Source: an uncultured Alphaproteobacteria bacterium
Lineage (GTDB): Bacteria > Pseudomonadota > Alphaproteobacteria > Micropepsales > Micropepsaceae
Reading direction: 5' to 3'
Length of the DNA: 64,000 nt
NCBI GenBank assembly: GCA_963743765.1
Contig: CAVUQQ010000004.1
Coordinates: 389,632-453,631, forward strand
Below, one piece after another: positions 1-10,035 of this stretch (position 1 is its first letter; each line of letters starts with the position of its first letter). The translations under genes were made by a program, and so were the position numbers. Under the pieces are notes generated by a model. That model saw nothing but the letters and a program-made list of their open reading frames with translations. It was not told the DNA's origin and ran no database searches.

Positions 1-2
1 CA

Positions 3-533
3 TTCCGCGAAGGCTTCAGGCACCTGCACCGGCTCGGCCTGTCGTTCGACGCCTGGCTGCTTGAGCCGCAGCTGCCCGACCTGATCGATCTGGCGCGCTC
101 CTTCCCCGACACGACCATCGTGCTCGACCATGTCGGAACGCCGCTCGGCATCGGAACCTACAGGGGCAAGCGCGAGGAACGCTTCGGCATCTGGCGCGAC
201 AACATCAGGACGCTCTCCAAATGCCCCAATGTCTTCGTGAAGGCCGGTGGTCTTCCCATGCCGTTTGCCGGCTGGAAGATGCGCATGGCCGAAGCCGATC
301 CGCCGTCCGAGACGCTGGCCAAGCAGTGGAAGCCTTACCTCGAAACAGTGATCGAGGCATTCGGCGCCGGCCGTTGCATGTTCGAGAGCAACTTCCCGGT
401 CGACCGCTTCGGCTGCGACTATGTTTCGCTGTGGAACGCTTTCAAGCGCTTTGCCGCGAACTATTCGCCGTCGGAAAAGACCGCGCTCTTCAGCGGCACC
501 GCGAAGAAGGTCTATCGGGTGAACATCAATTGA
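3..533 (+). CDS. amidohydrolase_2 family protein (LigI/lactonase-like), 5'-truncated by window edge
   Basis: Frame open from base 3; motifs LSFDAW, IVLDHVG, NVFVKAGG, RCMFESNFPVD. Confidence 0.85.
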   Translation, partial: FREGFRHLHRLGLSFDAWLLEPQLPDLIDLARSFPDTTIVLDHVGTPLGIGTYRGKREERFGIWRDNIRTLSKCPNVFVKAGGLPMPFAGWKMRMAEADPPSETLAKQWKPYLETVIEAFGAGRCMFESNFPVDRFGCDYVSLWNAFKRFAANYSPSEKTALFSGTAKKVYRVNIN

Positions 534-535
534 TC

Positions 536-566
536 TCCCTCTCCCCCGTGCACCGGGGGAGAGGGA
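536..566. terminator. perfect 13-bp hairpin between convergent genes (bidirectional terminator or REP-like palindrome)
   Basis: TCCCTCTCCCCCG-tgcac-CGGGGGAGAGGGA. Confidence 0.65.
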
Positions 567-567
567 T

Positions 568-1197
568 TCATTTCATCAGCCCCGCCACGAACTCGCCGAC
601 GCCAATGAGGCGCGTGCGGCGGGCGCGCTCGGCTTCGAGGATCGACTTGATTTGCGCAAGCGCGCGCTCGATATCGCGGTTGAGCACGACATAGTCATAT
701 TCCGGCCAGTGGCTGATTTCGCTCTCGGCCTTGGCCATGCGCTTGGCGACGGTGTCGTCGCTGTCCTGCGCGCGTGTTTTCAGGCGGCGCTCGAGCTCGT
801 CATGGCTCGGCGGCAGGATGAACACGCTGACGAGATCCTCGCGTGCGCGCTCCTTCAGTTGTTGCGTGCCCTGCCAGTCGATGTCGAACAGCACGTCGCC
901 GCCGGCGGCAAGAGCGTCGGTCACCGGCTTCTTTGGCGTGCCGTAACGATGTTCGAAGACGGTGGCGTGTTCGAAGAATTCGTTCGCCTTGACCATTTCC
1001 TCGAATTTCGCCGGTGTGACGAAGTAATAGTCGCGGCCGTCGACTTCGTTCGGGCGCTTGGCGCGCGTCGTCGCGGACACCGACATGACGATGCCGGAAT
1101 CGGACTCCAAAAGCTTGCGCGACAGCGTCGTCTTGCCCGCGCCCGACGGCGAAGACAGGACCAGCATCAACCCGCGCCGCTTCATTTCCCCGCTCAT
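568..1197 (-). CDS. gmk: guanylate kinase
   Basis: P-loop SSPSGAGKTT, SVSATTR..RPNEVDGRDY, FDIDWQG. Confidence 0.97.
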   Translation of the reverse strand: MSGEMKRRGLMLVLSSPSGAGKTTLSRKLLESDSGIVMSVSATTRAKRPNEVDGRDYYFVTPAKFEEMVKANEFFEHATVFEHRYGTPKKPVTDALAAGGDVLFDIDWQGTQQLKERAREDLVSVFILPPSHDELERRLKTRAQDSDDTVAKRMAKAESEISHWPEYDYVVLNRDIERALAQIKSILEAERARRTRLIGVGEFVAGLMK

Positions 1198-1206
1198 TCC
1201 CCAGCC

Positions 1207-2094
1207 CTATTCGACATTCTGTGCCTGCTCACGGAATTGGTCGATCGTCGCCTTCAGGGCCAGCCCGATGCGCGTCAGCGCGATGTCGGACGATTTCGAA
1301 CACAGCGTGTTGGCCTCGCGGTTGAACTCCTGCGACAGGAAATCGAGCTTGCGCCCCACCGCTTCGCCCGAACTCATCAGCACCCGCGCTTCATGGACGT
1401 GTGCGTGCAGGCGGTCGAGTTCCTCGCGAATGTCCGCCTTCACGGCCAGAAGTGCCGCCTCCTGCGCCAGTCGATCTTCCGAGATGCCGCTGCCCGTGAG
1501 CATTTCCTGCACCTGCGCCGCCAGGCGGTCGCGCAGCGCCTGCGGCTGCATCGAGGCCAAGCTGGCAGCCTCCTTGGTCAGGCGCTCGATACCGTCCATC
1601 TGCGCGGCCAGCACGGCGTGCAGCTTGTGACCCTCCGTCGCGCGGGCACGCACCAGCGCATCGAGCGCGGTCGCCAGCGTTTCGATGATCGCGGCATCGC
1701 GCATGGCGCGCTCCGGTGCTTCCACAGGCAACGCCTCGTCCTGCACGATTACGCCCTTGAGCGCGAGCAAGCCGTCGATGCGCGCCGGCGCAAGCCCAGT
1801 CTCCGACGCCACTTCCTGCGCGATGCGGACGGCGGCGGCCAATGCGATGGGATCGACCTTCAGGCCGCGAACGGACTCGCCGGCCTCGAAGGTGAGTTGG
1901 AGCTGGAGCGAACCACGCTTGAAGCGTTCAGCCGCAAGCTGCCGCGCAACAGGCTCGATGCCGTCGAAGCCCGGCGGTGTCCTCAGCCGCAGGTCGAGGC
2001 CGCGGCCGTTGACGCTCTTGGCCTCCCAGCGCCACCGCGCGCCTTCGCGGCTGCCATGCGCTTCGGCGAATCCTGTCATGCTGACGATTGTCAT
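1207..2094 (-). CDS. yicC: YicC/YloC family endoribonuclease
   Basis: N-term SMTGF, KSVNGRGLD, GRKLDFLSQEFNREANTLCSK, REQAQNVE; start taken at ATG 2094. Confidence 0.93.
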   Translation of the reverse strand: MTIVSMTGFAEAHGSREGARWRWEAKSVNGRGLDLRLRTPPGFDGIEPVARQLAAERFKRGSLQLQLTFEAGESVRGLKVDPIALAAAVRIAQEVASETGLAPARIDGLLALKGVIVQDEALPVEAPERAMRDAAIIETLATALDALVRARATEGHKLHAVLAAQMDGIERLTKEAASLASMQPQALRDRLAAQVQEMLTGSGISEDRLAQEAALLAVKADIREELDRLHAHVHEARVLMSSGEAVGRKLDFLSQEFNREANTLCSKSSDIALTRIGLALKATIDQFREQAQNVE

Positions 2095-2148
2095 GGCGAC
2101 TCCGATGATCCGGAACGATAAACCCGCACCCGTCAGGCGCAAGTGCGG

Positions 2149-3144
2149 TTATTTGTGTCCGGCGGCGGCTTTTTCGGCGCGTTCGCGGGCGCGCAAGGCG
2201 GCGACGTTCTTGTCCTGGTCAGCGATGCTGGCCGAGAAGACATGGCCGCCATTTCCAGCGGCGACGAAGTACAGATCCTTCGACGTACCGGGATTGAGCA
2301 CGGCCTTTATCGAATCCTTGCCGGGATTGCAGATCGGCGTCGGCGGCAGTCCCGTGATGACATAAGTGTTATAGGGCGTGGCCTTCGCCAGCTCGCTCTC
2401 GCGTATGCCGCGGCCGAGCGGATAGCCGCCGCTGATCGTATAGATGATCGTCGGATCGGACTGCAGCTTCATACCGAGTTGCAGGCGATTGACGAATATC
2501 GCAGCGATGTGGCGCCGCTCCTCGGGCAGCGAGGTTTCCTTCTCGACGATCGAGGCGAGGATGATCGCCTCCTGGGGCGTCTTGAACGGAAGTCCCGCGT
2601 CGCGCGCCGGCCAGAGCCTGGCAATCAGCTCTCTCTGCGCCTTTTGCATGCGCGCAACGATATCGGCGCGCGTGGCGCCGCGCGTGTAGAGATAGGTTTC
2701 CGGCAGCAGCGTGCCTTCGGCCGGCGTCGCAACCGTGTCGCCGGTCAGCACCGGATCGGCGGCGACGAGCCTGGCGATCATGTCGCTGGTCAGGCCTTCG
2801 GCGGCGGTAATCTTGTGCTGGATCGGCTTGCCTGAGATCAGGATGTCCATGATGTCGTGCATGCTGGCGCGGCTGGGGATCGCAAATTCGCCGGCCTTGA
2901 GGCTGGCCGTCGTGCGGCGCAGGCGGACGCCGAGCAGGAAGAGGTCGGGATTCGCGATGACGCCGGCGTCCTTCAGTTCCTGCGCGATGCCCTTAAGCCC
3001 GACGCCCGACTTGATGACGACGTCGGTCTCCGGCGCGGCATTCGAAGCAGCCGGTCCCGCCGCGCTGAAATTGGCGCTCTCCCACTCGAAGGCGCCGGCG
3101 ACGATGACAGCGAGGATGAGCAGGACAACAAGAAAGCGGACCAT
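2149..3144 (-). CDS. mltG: endolytic transglycosylase MltG
   Basis: N-terminal TM; EGTLLPETY, LASIVEKET, LQSDPT, YNTY..GLPPTPICNPG. Confidence 0.95.
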   Translation of the reverse strand: MVRFLVVLLILAVIVAGAFEWESANFSAAGPAASNAAPETDVVIKSGVGLKGIAQELKDAGVIANPDLFLLGVRLRRTTASLKAGEFAIPSRASMHDIMDILISGKPIQHKITAAEGLTSDMIARLVAADPVLTGDTVATPAEGTLLPETYLYTRGATRADIVARMQKAQRELIARLWPARDAGLPFKTPQEAIILASIVEKETSLPEERRHIAAIFVNRLQLGMKLQSDPTIIYTISGGYPLGRGIRESELAKATPYNTYVITGLPPTPICNPGKDSIKAVLNPGTSKDLYFVAAGNGGHVFSASIADQDKNVAALRARERAEKAAAGHK

Positions 3145-3165
3145 GGAGCGACCGCGAAAGAGGGC

Positions 3166-4425
3166 CTAGCTGGCCTGGGTGAAGATCAACGCGGCATTGG
3201 TGCCGCCGAAGCCGAAGGAGTTGGACATCGTGGCCCTGACTTCGCGCTTCTTGGCGATGAGCGGCACAAGATCGAGCTGGGTGTCGACGTTGGGATTCTC
3301 GAGATTGATCGTCGGCGGCACGATCTGGTCGCGCATGGCGAGCAGGCAGAAGATCGCTTCCACCGCGCCGGCCGCGCCGAGCAGATGGCCGATCGAAGAC
3401 TTGGTCGACGACATCGACGTTTTCGCCGCCGCATTGCCGAGGAAGCGTTCGACCGCACCGGCCTCGATGCCATCGGCCATGGTCGACGTGCCGTGGGCGT
3501 TCACATAGTCGATGTCGGACGGCGACAGGCCCGAACGCTTTAGCGCCATCTTCATCGCGCGGAAACCGCCATCGCCGTCTTCGGACGGGGCGGTGATGTG
3601 ATAGGCGTCGCCGGACATGCCATAGCCCTTCACTTCGCCATAGATCTTCGCGCCGCGCGCCTTGGCGTGTTCGTATTCTTCGAGGATCACGACACCCGCG
3701 CCCTCGCCCATGACGAAGCCGTCGCGGTCCTTGTCGTAAGGACGCGACGCTCTTTCGGGTTCATCGTTGAACGCCGTGCAGAGTGCGCGGCAGGCATTGA
3801 AGCCCGCGATGCCCAGCCGGCAGATCGCCGCTTCCGAGCCGCCAGCCAGCATCACGTCGGCATCGTCGAACGCGATCATGCGCGCCGCATCGCCGATGGC
3901 ATGCGCGCCGGTGGCGCAGGCGGTCACGACCGCGTGGTTGGGACCCTTGAAGCCATGCTCGATCGAGGCATAGCCGGAAATGAGGTTGATCAGGCGGCCA
4001 GGGATAAAGAACGGCGAGAGCCGGCGCGGGCCCTTTTCCTTCAACAAAAGCGCGCCTTCCTCGATGCCCGGAAGTCCGCCGATGCCCGAACCTATCAGAA
4101 CGCCGGTGCGCTGGCGCTCTTCTTCGGTCTTCGGCTCCCAGCCGGAATCGCGCACCGCCTGCTTGGCGGCGGTAAGGCCGAAGATGATGAAATCATCCAT
4201 GCGGCGCTGTTCCTTGGCATCGACCCAATGGTCGGCGTTGAACGTGCCGCCGGAGCCATCGCCCCGCGGCACGTCGCACGCGATCCTGGTGCCAAGGTCG
4301 TCGGTCCTGAACTTGGTGATCTTCCGCGCACCGGATTTTCCGGCGAGCAGGCGCGACCACGTCTCTTCCACACCGCAGGCGAGCGGCGTGACAAGACCAA
4401 TTCCTGTGACGACAACTCTACGCAT
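3166..4425 (-). CDS. fabF: beta-ketoacyl-ACP synthase II
   Basis: RRVVVTG, TACATG, NAHGTST, GHLLGAAG, SNSFGFGGTN. Confidence 0.97.
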   Translation of the reverse strand: MRRVVVTGIGLVTPLACGVEETWSRLLAGKSGARKITKFRTDDLGTRIACDVPRGDGSGGTFNADHWVDAKEQRRMDDFIIFGLTAAKQAVRDSGWEPKTEEERQRTGVLIGSGIGGLPGIEEGALLLKEKGPRRLSPFFIPGRLINLISGYASIEHGFKGPNHAVVTACATGAHAIGDAARMIAFDDADVMLAGGSEAAICRLGIAGFNACRALCTAFNDEPERASRPYDKDRDGFVMGEGAGVVILEEYEHAKARGAKIYGEVKGYGMSGDAYHITAPSEDGDGGFRAMKMALKRSGLSPSDIDYVNAHGTSTMADGIEAGAVERFLGNAAAKTSMSSTKSSIGHLLGAAGAVEAIFCLLAMRDQIVPPTINLENPNVDTQLDLVPLIAKKREVRATMSNSFGFGGTNAALIFTQAS

Positions 4426-4446
4426 GGGGGTGCTGATGAGCGAAAT

Positions 4447-4686
4447 TCAAGCCGCCGCGGATTTGTCGATGTACTTCACGGCATCGCCGACGGTGACGAT
4501 GGACTCCGCTGCGTCGTCGGGGATTTCGATGCCGAATTCCTCTTCGAACGCCATAACGAGCTCGACCGTGTCGAGGCTGTCCGCGCCGAGATCTTCAATG
4601 AAGGACGCGGTATCGGTGACCTTGTCGGCATCCACATTGAGGTGCTCGACAACGATCTTCTTCACGCGTTCCGCCGTATCGCTCAT
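4447..4686 (-). CDS. acpP: acyl carrier protein
   Basis: [20 protein letters not shown]. Confidence 0.98.
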   Translation of the reverse strand: MSDTAERVKKIVVEHLNVDADKVTDTASFIEDLGADSLDTVELVMAFEEEFGIEIPDDAAESIVTVGDAVKYIDKSAAA

Positions 4687-4839
4687 GGTATTGTAAGCCT
4701 CTCCTTGATGATCCTGCCGGGATGGGTTGTCGGCCCGCAGGGTGGGCCCTCACTGTTGCAAAGCTTGTGGGGGTTGGCGGTTTTCGTAACACAAAGACCG
4801 GGCCACCGCTACAAGACGGTTAACCTATTGAAATAGTTG

Positions 4840-5580
4840 TCAAATCATCGCCATTCCGCCATTGACCTGAATGGTCGCGCCGGTGACATAGGCGGCTTCC
4901 TCGCTGGCCAGATAGACCACCGCGGCGGCGATTTCGGCCGGGTTTCCCATGCGTCCCGCCGGGATTCGCTGGCTGATCGTTTCCTTTTGTGCGTCGGTCA
5001 GGATGTCCGTCATGGCCGTCGCGATGAAGCCCGGGGCCACGCGTTGACGGTGATGTTGCGCGAGGCGACCTCGGCCGCGAGCGACTTGGTCATGCCGACC
5101 AGACCCGCCTTGGCGGCGGCATAGTTGCCCTGCCCCGGATTGCCGGTCTCGCCGACCACGGAGGTGATCGAAATGATGCGGCCCCAGCGCTTCTTCATCA
5201 TGCCGCGCAGCACCGCACGCGACAGGCGGAAGGCTGCGGTGAGATCGACCGCAATGACCTGGTCCCACTCGTCGTCCTTCATGCGCATGAAAAGATTGTC
5301 GCGCGTGATACCGGCGTTGTTGATCAGGATGTCGATAGGCGCACCGGCCGCCGCTTCCGCGGCCTTGGGCAGCGCTTCGACGGAATCCTTGTCGCCGAGA
5401 TTGCAGACCGCGACGAAGGCGCGGCTGCCGAGTTCGGCCTTCAACTTTTTCCAGAGCGTCGGCGCGCGTGCCCGAGAGGACAACCGTCGCGCCCTGCGCG
5501 TGCAGCGCCTTCGCGATGGCGCCGCCGATGCCGCCGGACGCGCCGGTGACGAGTGCAACCTTGCCGGTGAGATCGAACAT
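4840..5580 (-). CDS. fabG: 3-oxoacyl-ACP reductase, split by two compensating frameshifts (~5450 and ~5040; probably sequencing error)
   Basis: MFDLTGKVALVTGASGGIG in one frame, NNAGITRD and GNPGQGNYAAAKAG in a second, VAPGFIAT...VNGGMAMI back in the first. Confidence 0.9.
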   Translation of the reverse strand: MFDLTGKVALVTGASGGIGGAIAKALHAQGATVVLSGTRADALEKVEGRTRQPRLRRGLQSRRQGFRRSAAQGRGSGGRCAYRHPDQQRRYHARQSFHAHEGRRVGPGHCGRSHRSLPPVACGAARHDEEALGPHHFDHLRGRRDRQSGAGQLCRRQGGSGRHDQVARGRGRLAQHHRQRVAPGFIATAMTDILTDAQKETISQRIPAGRMGNPAEIAAAVVYLASEEAAYVTGATIQVNGGMAMI

Positions 5581-6535
5581 CACAGCGTTCTCGCAAAGGC
5601 TTCGATGTCGGCAGGCGTGTCGAGCGTCATGGTCTGCCAAATCCTTGTCGGTGCGCTTGACCATGCCGGTGAGGACCTTGTCGCCGCCGGCTTCGACGGT
5701 AGTCTCAACGCCAAGCCCGCGAAAGGCCAGAACGCTTTCGCGCCAGCGCACGCGGCCGGTCACCTGCTCAACCAGAAGTCTGCGGATGGTTTCGGGTTCG
5801 GCGGTTTCGGCGGCCGTCACATTGGCGACCAGCGGAACGGCGAGCGGACGGATCGTCACGGCGGCAAGCGCCTCGCCATCTTGTCGGCGGCGGGCTGCAT
5901 CAGCGGACAATGGAACGGCGCGGACACGTTCAGCGCCATGGCGCGCTTGATGCCCTTCGCCTTGGCGATTTCGCCGGCGCCTTGTCGATCGCGGCTTTCG
6001 TGCCGGAGATGACGACCTGTCCCGGCGCATTGTCGTTGGCGACGACGCAGACGCCACCGGTCGCGGCTGCGCAGCTTCCTTGGCGAGCTTCTTCGGCCTG
6101 TTCGATCTCGGCGCCGAGCAATGCGCTCATCGCCGCCCTGCCCGACCGGCACGGCGGTCTGCATCGCCTGGCCGCGCGCTTTGAGCAGACGCGCCGTGTC
6201 TGCAAGCGTGAACGCGCCCGCCGCGCACAGCGCGGTGTATTCGCCGAGCGAGTGACCGGCGACGAGGCGCGCATGTTTCGCCAGAGCGAGAAGCCGGCTT
6301 CGCGCTCCAGGATGCGAATGATGGCGTAGCTCGCCGCCATGATCGCAGGCTGCGCGTTCTCGGTAAGCACGAGATCGCTTTCAGGCCCCTCCCACATCAG
6401 CTTTGAAAGCTTCTGGTTCAGCGCGTCGTCGACTTCCTGGAAGACTTCGCGTGCCGCCGCGAACGTGTCGGCGAGCGCCTTGCCCATGCCGACGGCCTGG
6501 CTGCCCTGGCCGGGGAAAATGAATGCTCGAGTCAT
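5580..6535 (-). CDS. fabD: malonyl-CoA:ACP transacylase, multiple frameshifts (probably sequencing error)
   Basis: AFIFPGQGSQ, TENAQPA, GHSLGEY, ANDNAPGQVVISG, VSAPFHCPLM, QVTGRVRW spread over all three minus frames; stop overlaps fabG start (TGATG). Confidence 0.88.
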
Positions 6536-6582
6536 GGGAGCGTGAAAAAGACCAAGGGGCGAGCCGAGTCAAGCATTGGACG

Positions 6583-7884
6583 TCACACTTTCATACGCCT
6601 GAACTTTTCCGGCGCGTTTGCACGTCCCTCCGGAGCCAGCGTCCGGCCGATGGCGACGACGAGAATCGCCGCGACGATCAGTGCCGCAGCCAGAACGCCC
6701 ATGCCTGCGGAATAGCCACCAGTGTGCTGCTTCAGCCAGCCCATAAGATACGGTCCGAAAAAGCCACCGGTGTTACTGATCGAGTTGATGAGTGCGATGC
6801 CGCCGGCCGCCGCCGTGCCCCCGAGAAATGACGTCGGCAAGGTCCAGAACACGGACAGCGCCGCATAAATTCCGCAAGCGGCCACCGTGAGCGCAATGAG
6901 CACCGCAATGTGCGAGTGAAGCAGTGATGCGCCGATGAGGCCGGCTGCTCCCAGCAAGGCCGCCGCGGCGATGTGCCCGACGCGTTCGCCGCGCGCGTCG
7001 CTCGACATGCCCCACAGGACCATCACGACCGCGCTCACCAAATAAGGCGCGGCGACGACAAATCCCGTCTCGATATTCGAGAAGCCCATCTCCTTGACCA
7101 TCTGCGGCAGCCACAGATTGAGTCCGTACAGGCCGAGCACAATGCCGAAGTCCGGAATCGCCAACAGCCAGACGCGCGGATCGCTCAACATGGGAAGAAG
7201 TTTGGTGTGCGTGCCTGGCGGCTCGAGCGCAAGCGCAGCTTCGACCACGGATTTTTCTTTGTCGTTCAACCACGACGCTTTCGACGGACGATCCGGCATC
7301 CAGATCAGAACCGCCAGCCCGAGCAGCACGGACGGCAAGCCCTCCAGCAGGAACAGCCACTGCCAGCCATGCAGATGGAAATGTCCCTCTACGCCAAGGA
7401 TGTATCCCGACACAGGGCCGCCGACGACGCTGGCCAGCGGAACCGCCGCGAGGAACATCGCGATGAAGCGTGCACGCGTCGCGGTCGGAAACCAGTAGGT
7501 GAGATAGAGCACCATGCCCGGAAAGAATCCGGCTTCGGCAACGCCGAGCAGGAACCGCAGGATGTAAAAGCTGAGCGAGCCTTGCGCGAAGGCCATCGCC
7601 ATCGAGACGACGCCCCATGTCAGCATGATGCGGCAGATCCAGAGTCGCGCGCCGACCCTTTCCAGGATGATGTTGGACGGCACTTCGAAGAGGAAATAGC
7701 CGAAGAAGAAGATACCGGCGCCGAAGCCGTAGACCTCCGGCGAGAATCCGAGGTCCCTGTTCATGGTCAGCGCCGCGAAGCCGACATTCACGCGGTCCAG
7801 AAAGCTGACGATGTACAGCAGCGCCATGAAGGGTATGAGCCGCCGCGCAGCTTTGGCGAAGACTCGCCCTGCTTCCGTTTCCAT
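6583..7884 (-). CDS. MFS transporter, anion:cation symporter (tartrate/phthalate permease-like)
   Basis: LDRVNVGFA, FEVPSN, AEAGFFPG, WQWLFLLEG; many TM segments. Confidence 0.9.
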   Translation of the reverse strand: METEAGRVFAKAARRLIPFMALLYIVSFLDRVNVGFAALTMNRDLGFSPEVYGFGAGIFFFGYFLFEVPSNIILERVGARLWICRIMLTWGVVSMAMAFAQGSLSFYILRFLLGVAEAGFFPGMVLYLTYWFPTATRARFIAMFLAAVPLASVVGGPVSGYILGVEGHFHLHGWQWLFLLEGLPSVLLGLAVLIWMPDRPSKASWLNDKEKSVVEAALALEPPGTHTKLLPMLSDPRVWLLAIPDFGIVLGLYGLNLWLPQMVKEMGFSNIETGFVVAAPYLVSAVVMVLWGMSSDARGERVGHIAAAALLGAAGLIGASLLHSHIAVLIALTVAACGIYAALSVFWTLPTSFLGGTAAAGGIALINSISNTGGFFGPYLMGWLKQHTGGYSAGMGVLAAALIVAAILVVAIGRTLAPEGRANAPEKFRRMKV

Positions 7885-8096
7885 CCGACCTGTCAAATGT
7901 AAGCACCGCCTCCGGCCACTATGCGCAAGCTGGCCAACTCGGCAACTGGGCGGACCGGCAATATGACAAGGACGTCATTCATCCTGCATTCATGCCGGAC
8001 GCCGAACTATTGCTCTGTGAGAGGTTGGCGATGCGTAGTATAGCTTTGCGCCAGGGGCGTGTTTTAGGTGTGCAAATTTAAAACTCAGAGGGATCC

Positions 8097-8312
8097 ATGA
8101 AAGCAATCATTGCATCGGTTTTCGCATTGGGACTGCTTGGCGCGTCCGTTTCTTCGGCCGAAGCCCTGACCATTCATGTCGGCACGGGACATCATGATGG
8201 CTGGCACCATCATTATGGCTGGCACCAACATTATGGCAGGCACCATCACCGCCGTTGCGGTAGCTGGGGCTGGCGCCATCACACCCGCTATTGCCGCGGC
8301 TGGCGCTGGTAA
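8097..8312 (+). CDS. small secreted His/Trp/Arg-rich protein
   Basis: RBS GAGGG, signal peptide [23 protein letters not shown], mature part [20 protein letters not shown]...C..WGW...CRGWRW. Confidence 0.75.
   Translation: MKAIIASVFALGLLGASVSSAEALTIHVGTGHHDGWHHHYGWHQHYGRHHHRRCGSWGWRHHTRYCRGWRW
8190..8249 (+). repeat. 18-bp tandem repeat (~3.3 copies) encoding the HHxGWH unit
   Basis: CATCATGATGGCTGGCAC / CATCATTATGGCTGGCAC / CAACATTATGGCAGGCAC / CATCAC. Confidence 0.85.
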
Positions 8313-8440
8313 GACCGGCCTAAGCCTCGCTTTTCACGCATTTTGGGACGCGGCCGGGCGATTTAGCCCGGCCGCGCCTTTGCTTTTGGGTTCCGGGGTT
8401 GCCCAAGGGGGGGCCTTCGCCTATAAGCCCCGCCTTCTAG

Positions 8441-8548
8441 CGGCTGCGGTCGCGAGGGGCCCCTTTGATAAGGGGTGTGCGCATTGTGCGCGGTCCTTGC
8501 GATCCGAAGCGGTGACGGGTGCCCGCCCCGATCTGTTCCGCAGCCAAG
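8441..8548 (+). promoter_or_regulatory. structured 5' leader of rpsF (possible S6:S18 autoregulatory leader)
   Basis: GGCTGCGG can pair with CCGCAGCC just before the RBS; internal hairpin CCCCTT-tgat-AAGGGG. Confidence 0.35.
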
Positions 8549-8562
8549 ACAAAGGGACGGAC

Positions 8563-8937
8563 ATGGCTCTTTACGAGCATCTCCTGATCGCGCGCCAGGA
8601 CATCAGCGCGCAACAGGTCGACGCGTTGGCGACCCATCTCAAAACCATCGTTGAAGGCGAAGGCGGCAAGGTCGAGAAGCAGGAATATTGGGGCCTGCGC
8701 GGACTTGCCTATCGCATCAAGAAGAACCGCAAGGGGCACTATGTGCTCCTCAACATCAATGCGCCGTCCAAGGCCGTCGTCGAGCTCGAGCGCCAGCTCA
8801 AGATCAACGAAGACGTGCTGCGCTACATCACCGTGAGCGTGGACCAGTTCGAGGTTTCCGCGAGCAAGGCCCGCCGCGACGATCGCCCTGAGGGCGAGCG
8901 CAAGCCTGAAGGCGTCGAAGGGGAGACAGCAATATGA
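8563..8937 (+). CDS. rpsF: 30S ribosomal protein S6
   Basis: [35 protein letters not shown]. Confidence 0.97.
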   Translation: MALYEHLLIARQDISAQQVDALATHLKTIVEGEGGKVEKQEYWGLRGLAYRIKKNRKGHYVLLNINAPSKAVVELERQLKINEDVLRYITVSVDQFEVSASKARRDDRPEGERKPEGVEGETAI

Positions 8938-9257
8938 GTTTCGGTGGTGAACGTTCCGGTGGCCGCGACGGCGGCCGTGAGGGCGGTGGACGCGAAGGCG
9001 GCCGCGGTGGCGAAGGCGGCGGAGCCGGCGGACAGCGCCGTCCCTTCTTCCGTCGCAAGAAGACCTGCCCGTTCTCGGGCGCCAATGCGCCGAAGATCGA
9101 CTACAAGGACGTCAAGCTGCTGCAGCGGTTCATTTCCGAGCGCGGCAAGATCGTGCCGAGCCGCATTACGGCGGTGTCCAACAAGAAGCAGCGCCTGCTC
9201 GCGAACGCCATCAAGCGCGCGCGGTTCATGGCGCTTCTTCCCTACGTGCTGACCTGA
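8934..9257 (+). CDS. rpsR: 30S ribosomal protein S18 with Gly/Arg-rich N-terminal extension
   Basis: [46 protein letters not shown]. Confidence 0.97.
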   Translation: MSFGGERSGGRDGGREGGGREGGRGGEGGGAGGQRRPFFRRKKTCPFSGANAPKIDYKDVKLLQRFISERGKIVPSRITAVSNKKQRLLANAIKRARFMALLPYVLT

Positions 9258-9270
9258 GCGGGAGAGCGAC

Positions 9271-9852
9271 ATGCAAGTAATTCTGCTCGAACGCGTCGAG
9301 AAGCTCGGCCAGATGGGCGACGAGGTGAAGGTGAAGGACGGGTTCGCCCGCAACTTCCTCCTTCCCGAAAAGAAGGCTCTTCGCGCCACGAAGGCCAACC
9401 GCGAATATTTCCAGGGCCAGAAGACCCAACTGGAAGCGCGCAACCTGGAACAGAAGAAGGAAGCCGAGGCCGTCGGCAAGAAACTGGACGGCAAGAGCTT
9501 CACGCTGATCCGCCAGGCCGGCGACCGGGGCCAGCTTTATGGCTCCGTCAGCCCGCGCGACATCGCCGATGCCATCTCGGCCGGCGGCGTTTCGGTCAAC
9601 CGCACCCAGGTACCGCTCGACCAGGCGATCAAGACGATCGGCCTGTTCACGATCGGCGTCCGCCTGCATCCGGAAGTGCGCGTGAAGGTCACGATCAACG
9701 TGGCGCGCAGCGAAGACGAGGCCGAGCGCCAGGCGCGCGGCGAAGATGTCCTCGCCGAGCGTACGGAACAGGAAGAGGCCAAGGTTGCGGCCGAAGAACT
9801 GTTCGAAGAAGGCGCAGCTCCCAAGCCGGAAGGCGAAGAGGCCGAAGCCTGA
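9271..9852 (+). CDS. rplI: 50S ribosomal protein L9
   Basis: [31 protein letters not shown]. Confidence 0.97.
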   Translation: MQVILLERVEKLGQMGDEVKVKDGFARNFLLPEKKALRATKANREYFQGQKTQLEARNLEQKKEAEAVGKKLDGKSFTLIRQAGDRGQLYGSVSPRDIADAISAGGVSVNRTQVPLDQAIKTIGLFTIGVRLHPEVRVKVTINVARSEDEAERQARGEDVLAERTEQEEAKVAAEELFEEGAAPKPEGEEAEA

Positions 9853-9875
9853 GACTGCAGAGCGTTTAAGAAATC

Positions 9876-9911
9876 AAACGGGCGCGGTGCGAAAGCACCG
9901 CGCCCGTTTTT
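9876..9911 (+). terminator. rho-independent terminator of rpsF-rpsR-rplI
   Basis: AAACGGGCGCGGTGC-gaaa-GCACCGCGCCCGTTTTT. Confidence 0.9.
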
Positions 9912-9931
9912 CTGTTTGCCACCCGCCCGAA

Positions 9932-10035
9932 TGTCATGGCCCGCAAATACGGGCCACCCAGGTGATGTAATGCCGGACTCCCGAAAATTATCGCAGGCGG
10001 TAACTGGGTGGCCCACACTCCGGTGGACCATGACA
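9932..10035. repeat. inverted pair of REP-like palindromes (REPIN/BIME-like)
   Basis: TGTCATGGCCCGcaaataCGGGCCACCCAG ... CTGGGTGGCCCAcactccggTGGACCATGACA; the two units are near reverse complements. Confidence 0.7.

Noticed and set aside
652-2121. Long antisense ORFs (e.g. 652-2121, 16047-17912, 35245-36597, 47173-48945)
   Set aside because: Shadow ORFs opposite well-identified genes, typical of high-GC codon bias; no recognisable motifs.
4840-6057. Apparent FabD-FabG fusion ORF of 405 aa
   Set aside because: Artefact of frameshifts; a separate fabD stop and fabG start overlap at 5578-5582.
8003-8026. CGAAC...GGTT as an EcfG promoter for the His-rich micro-protein
   Set aside because: Mismatches in both boxes and spacing off by one.
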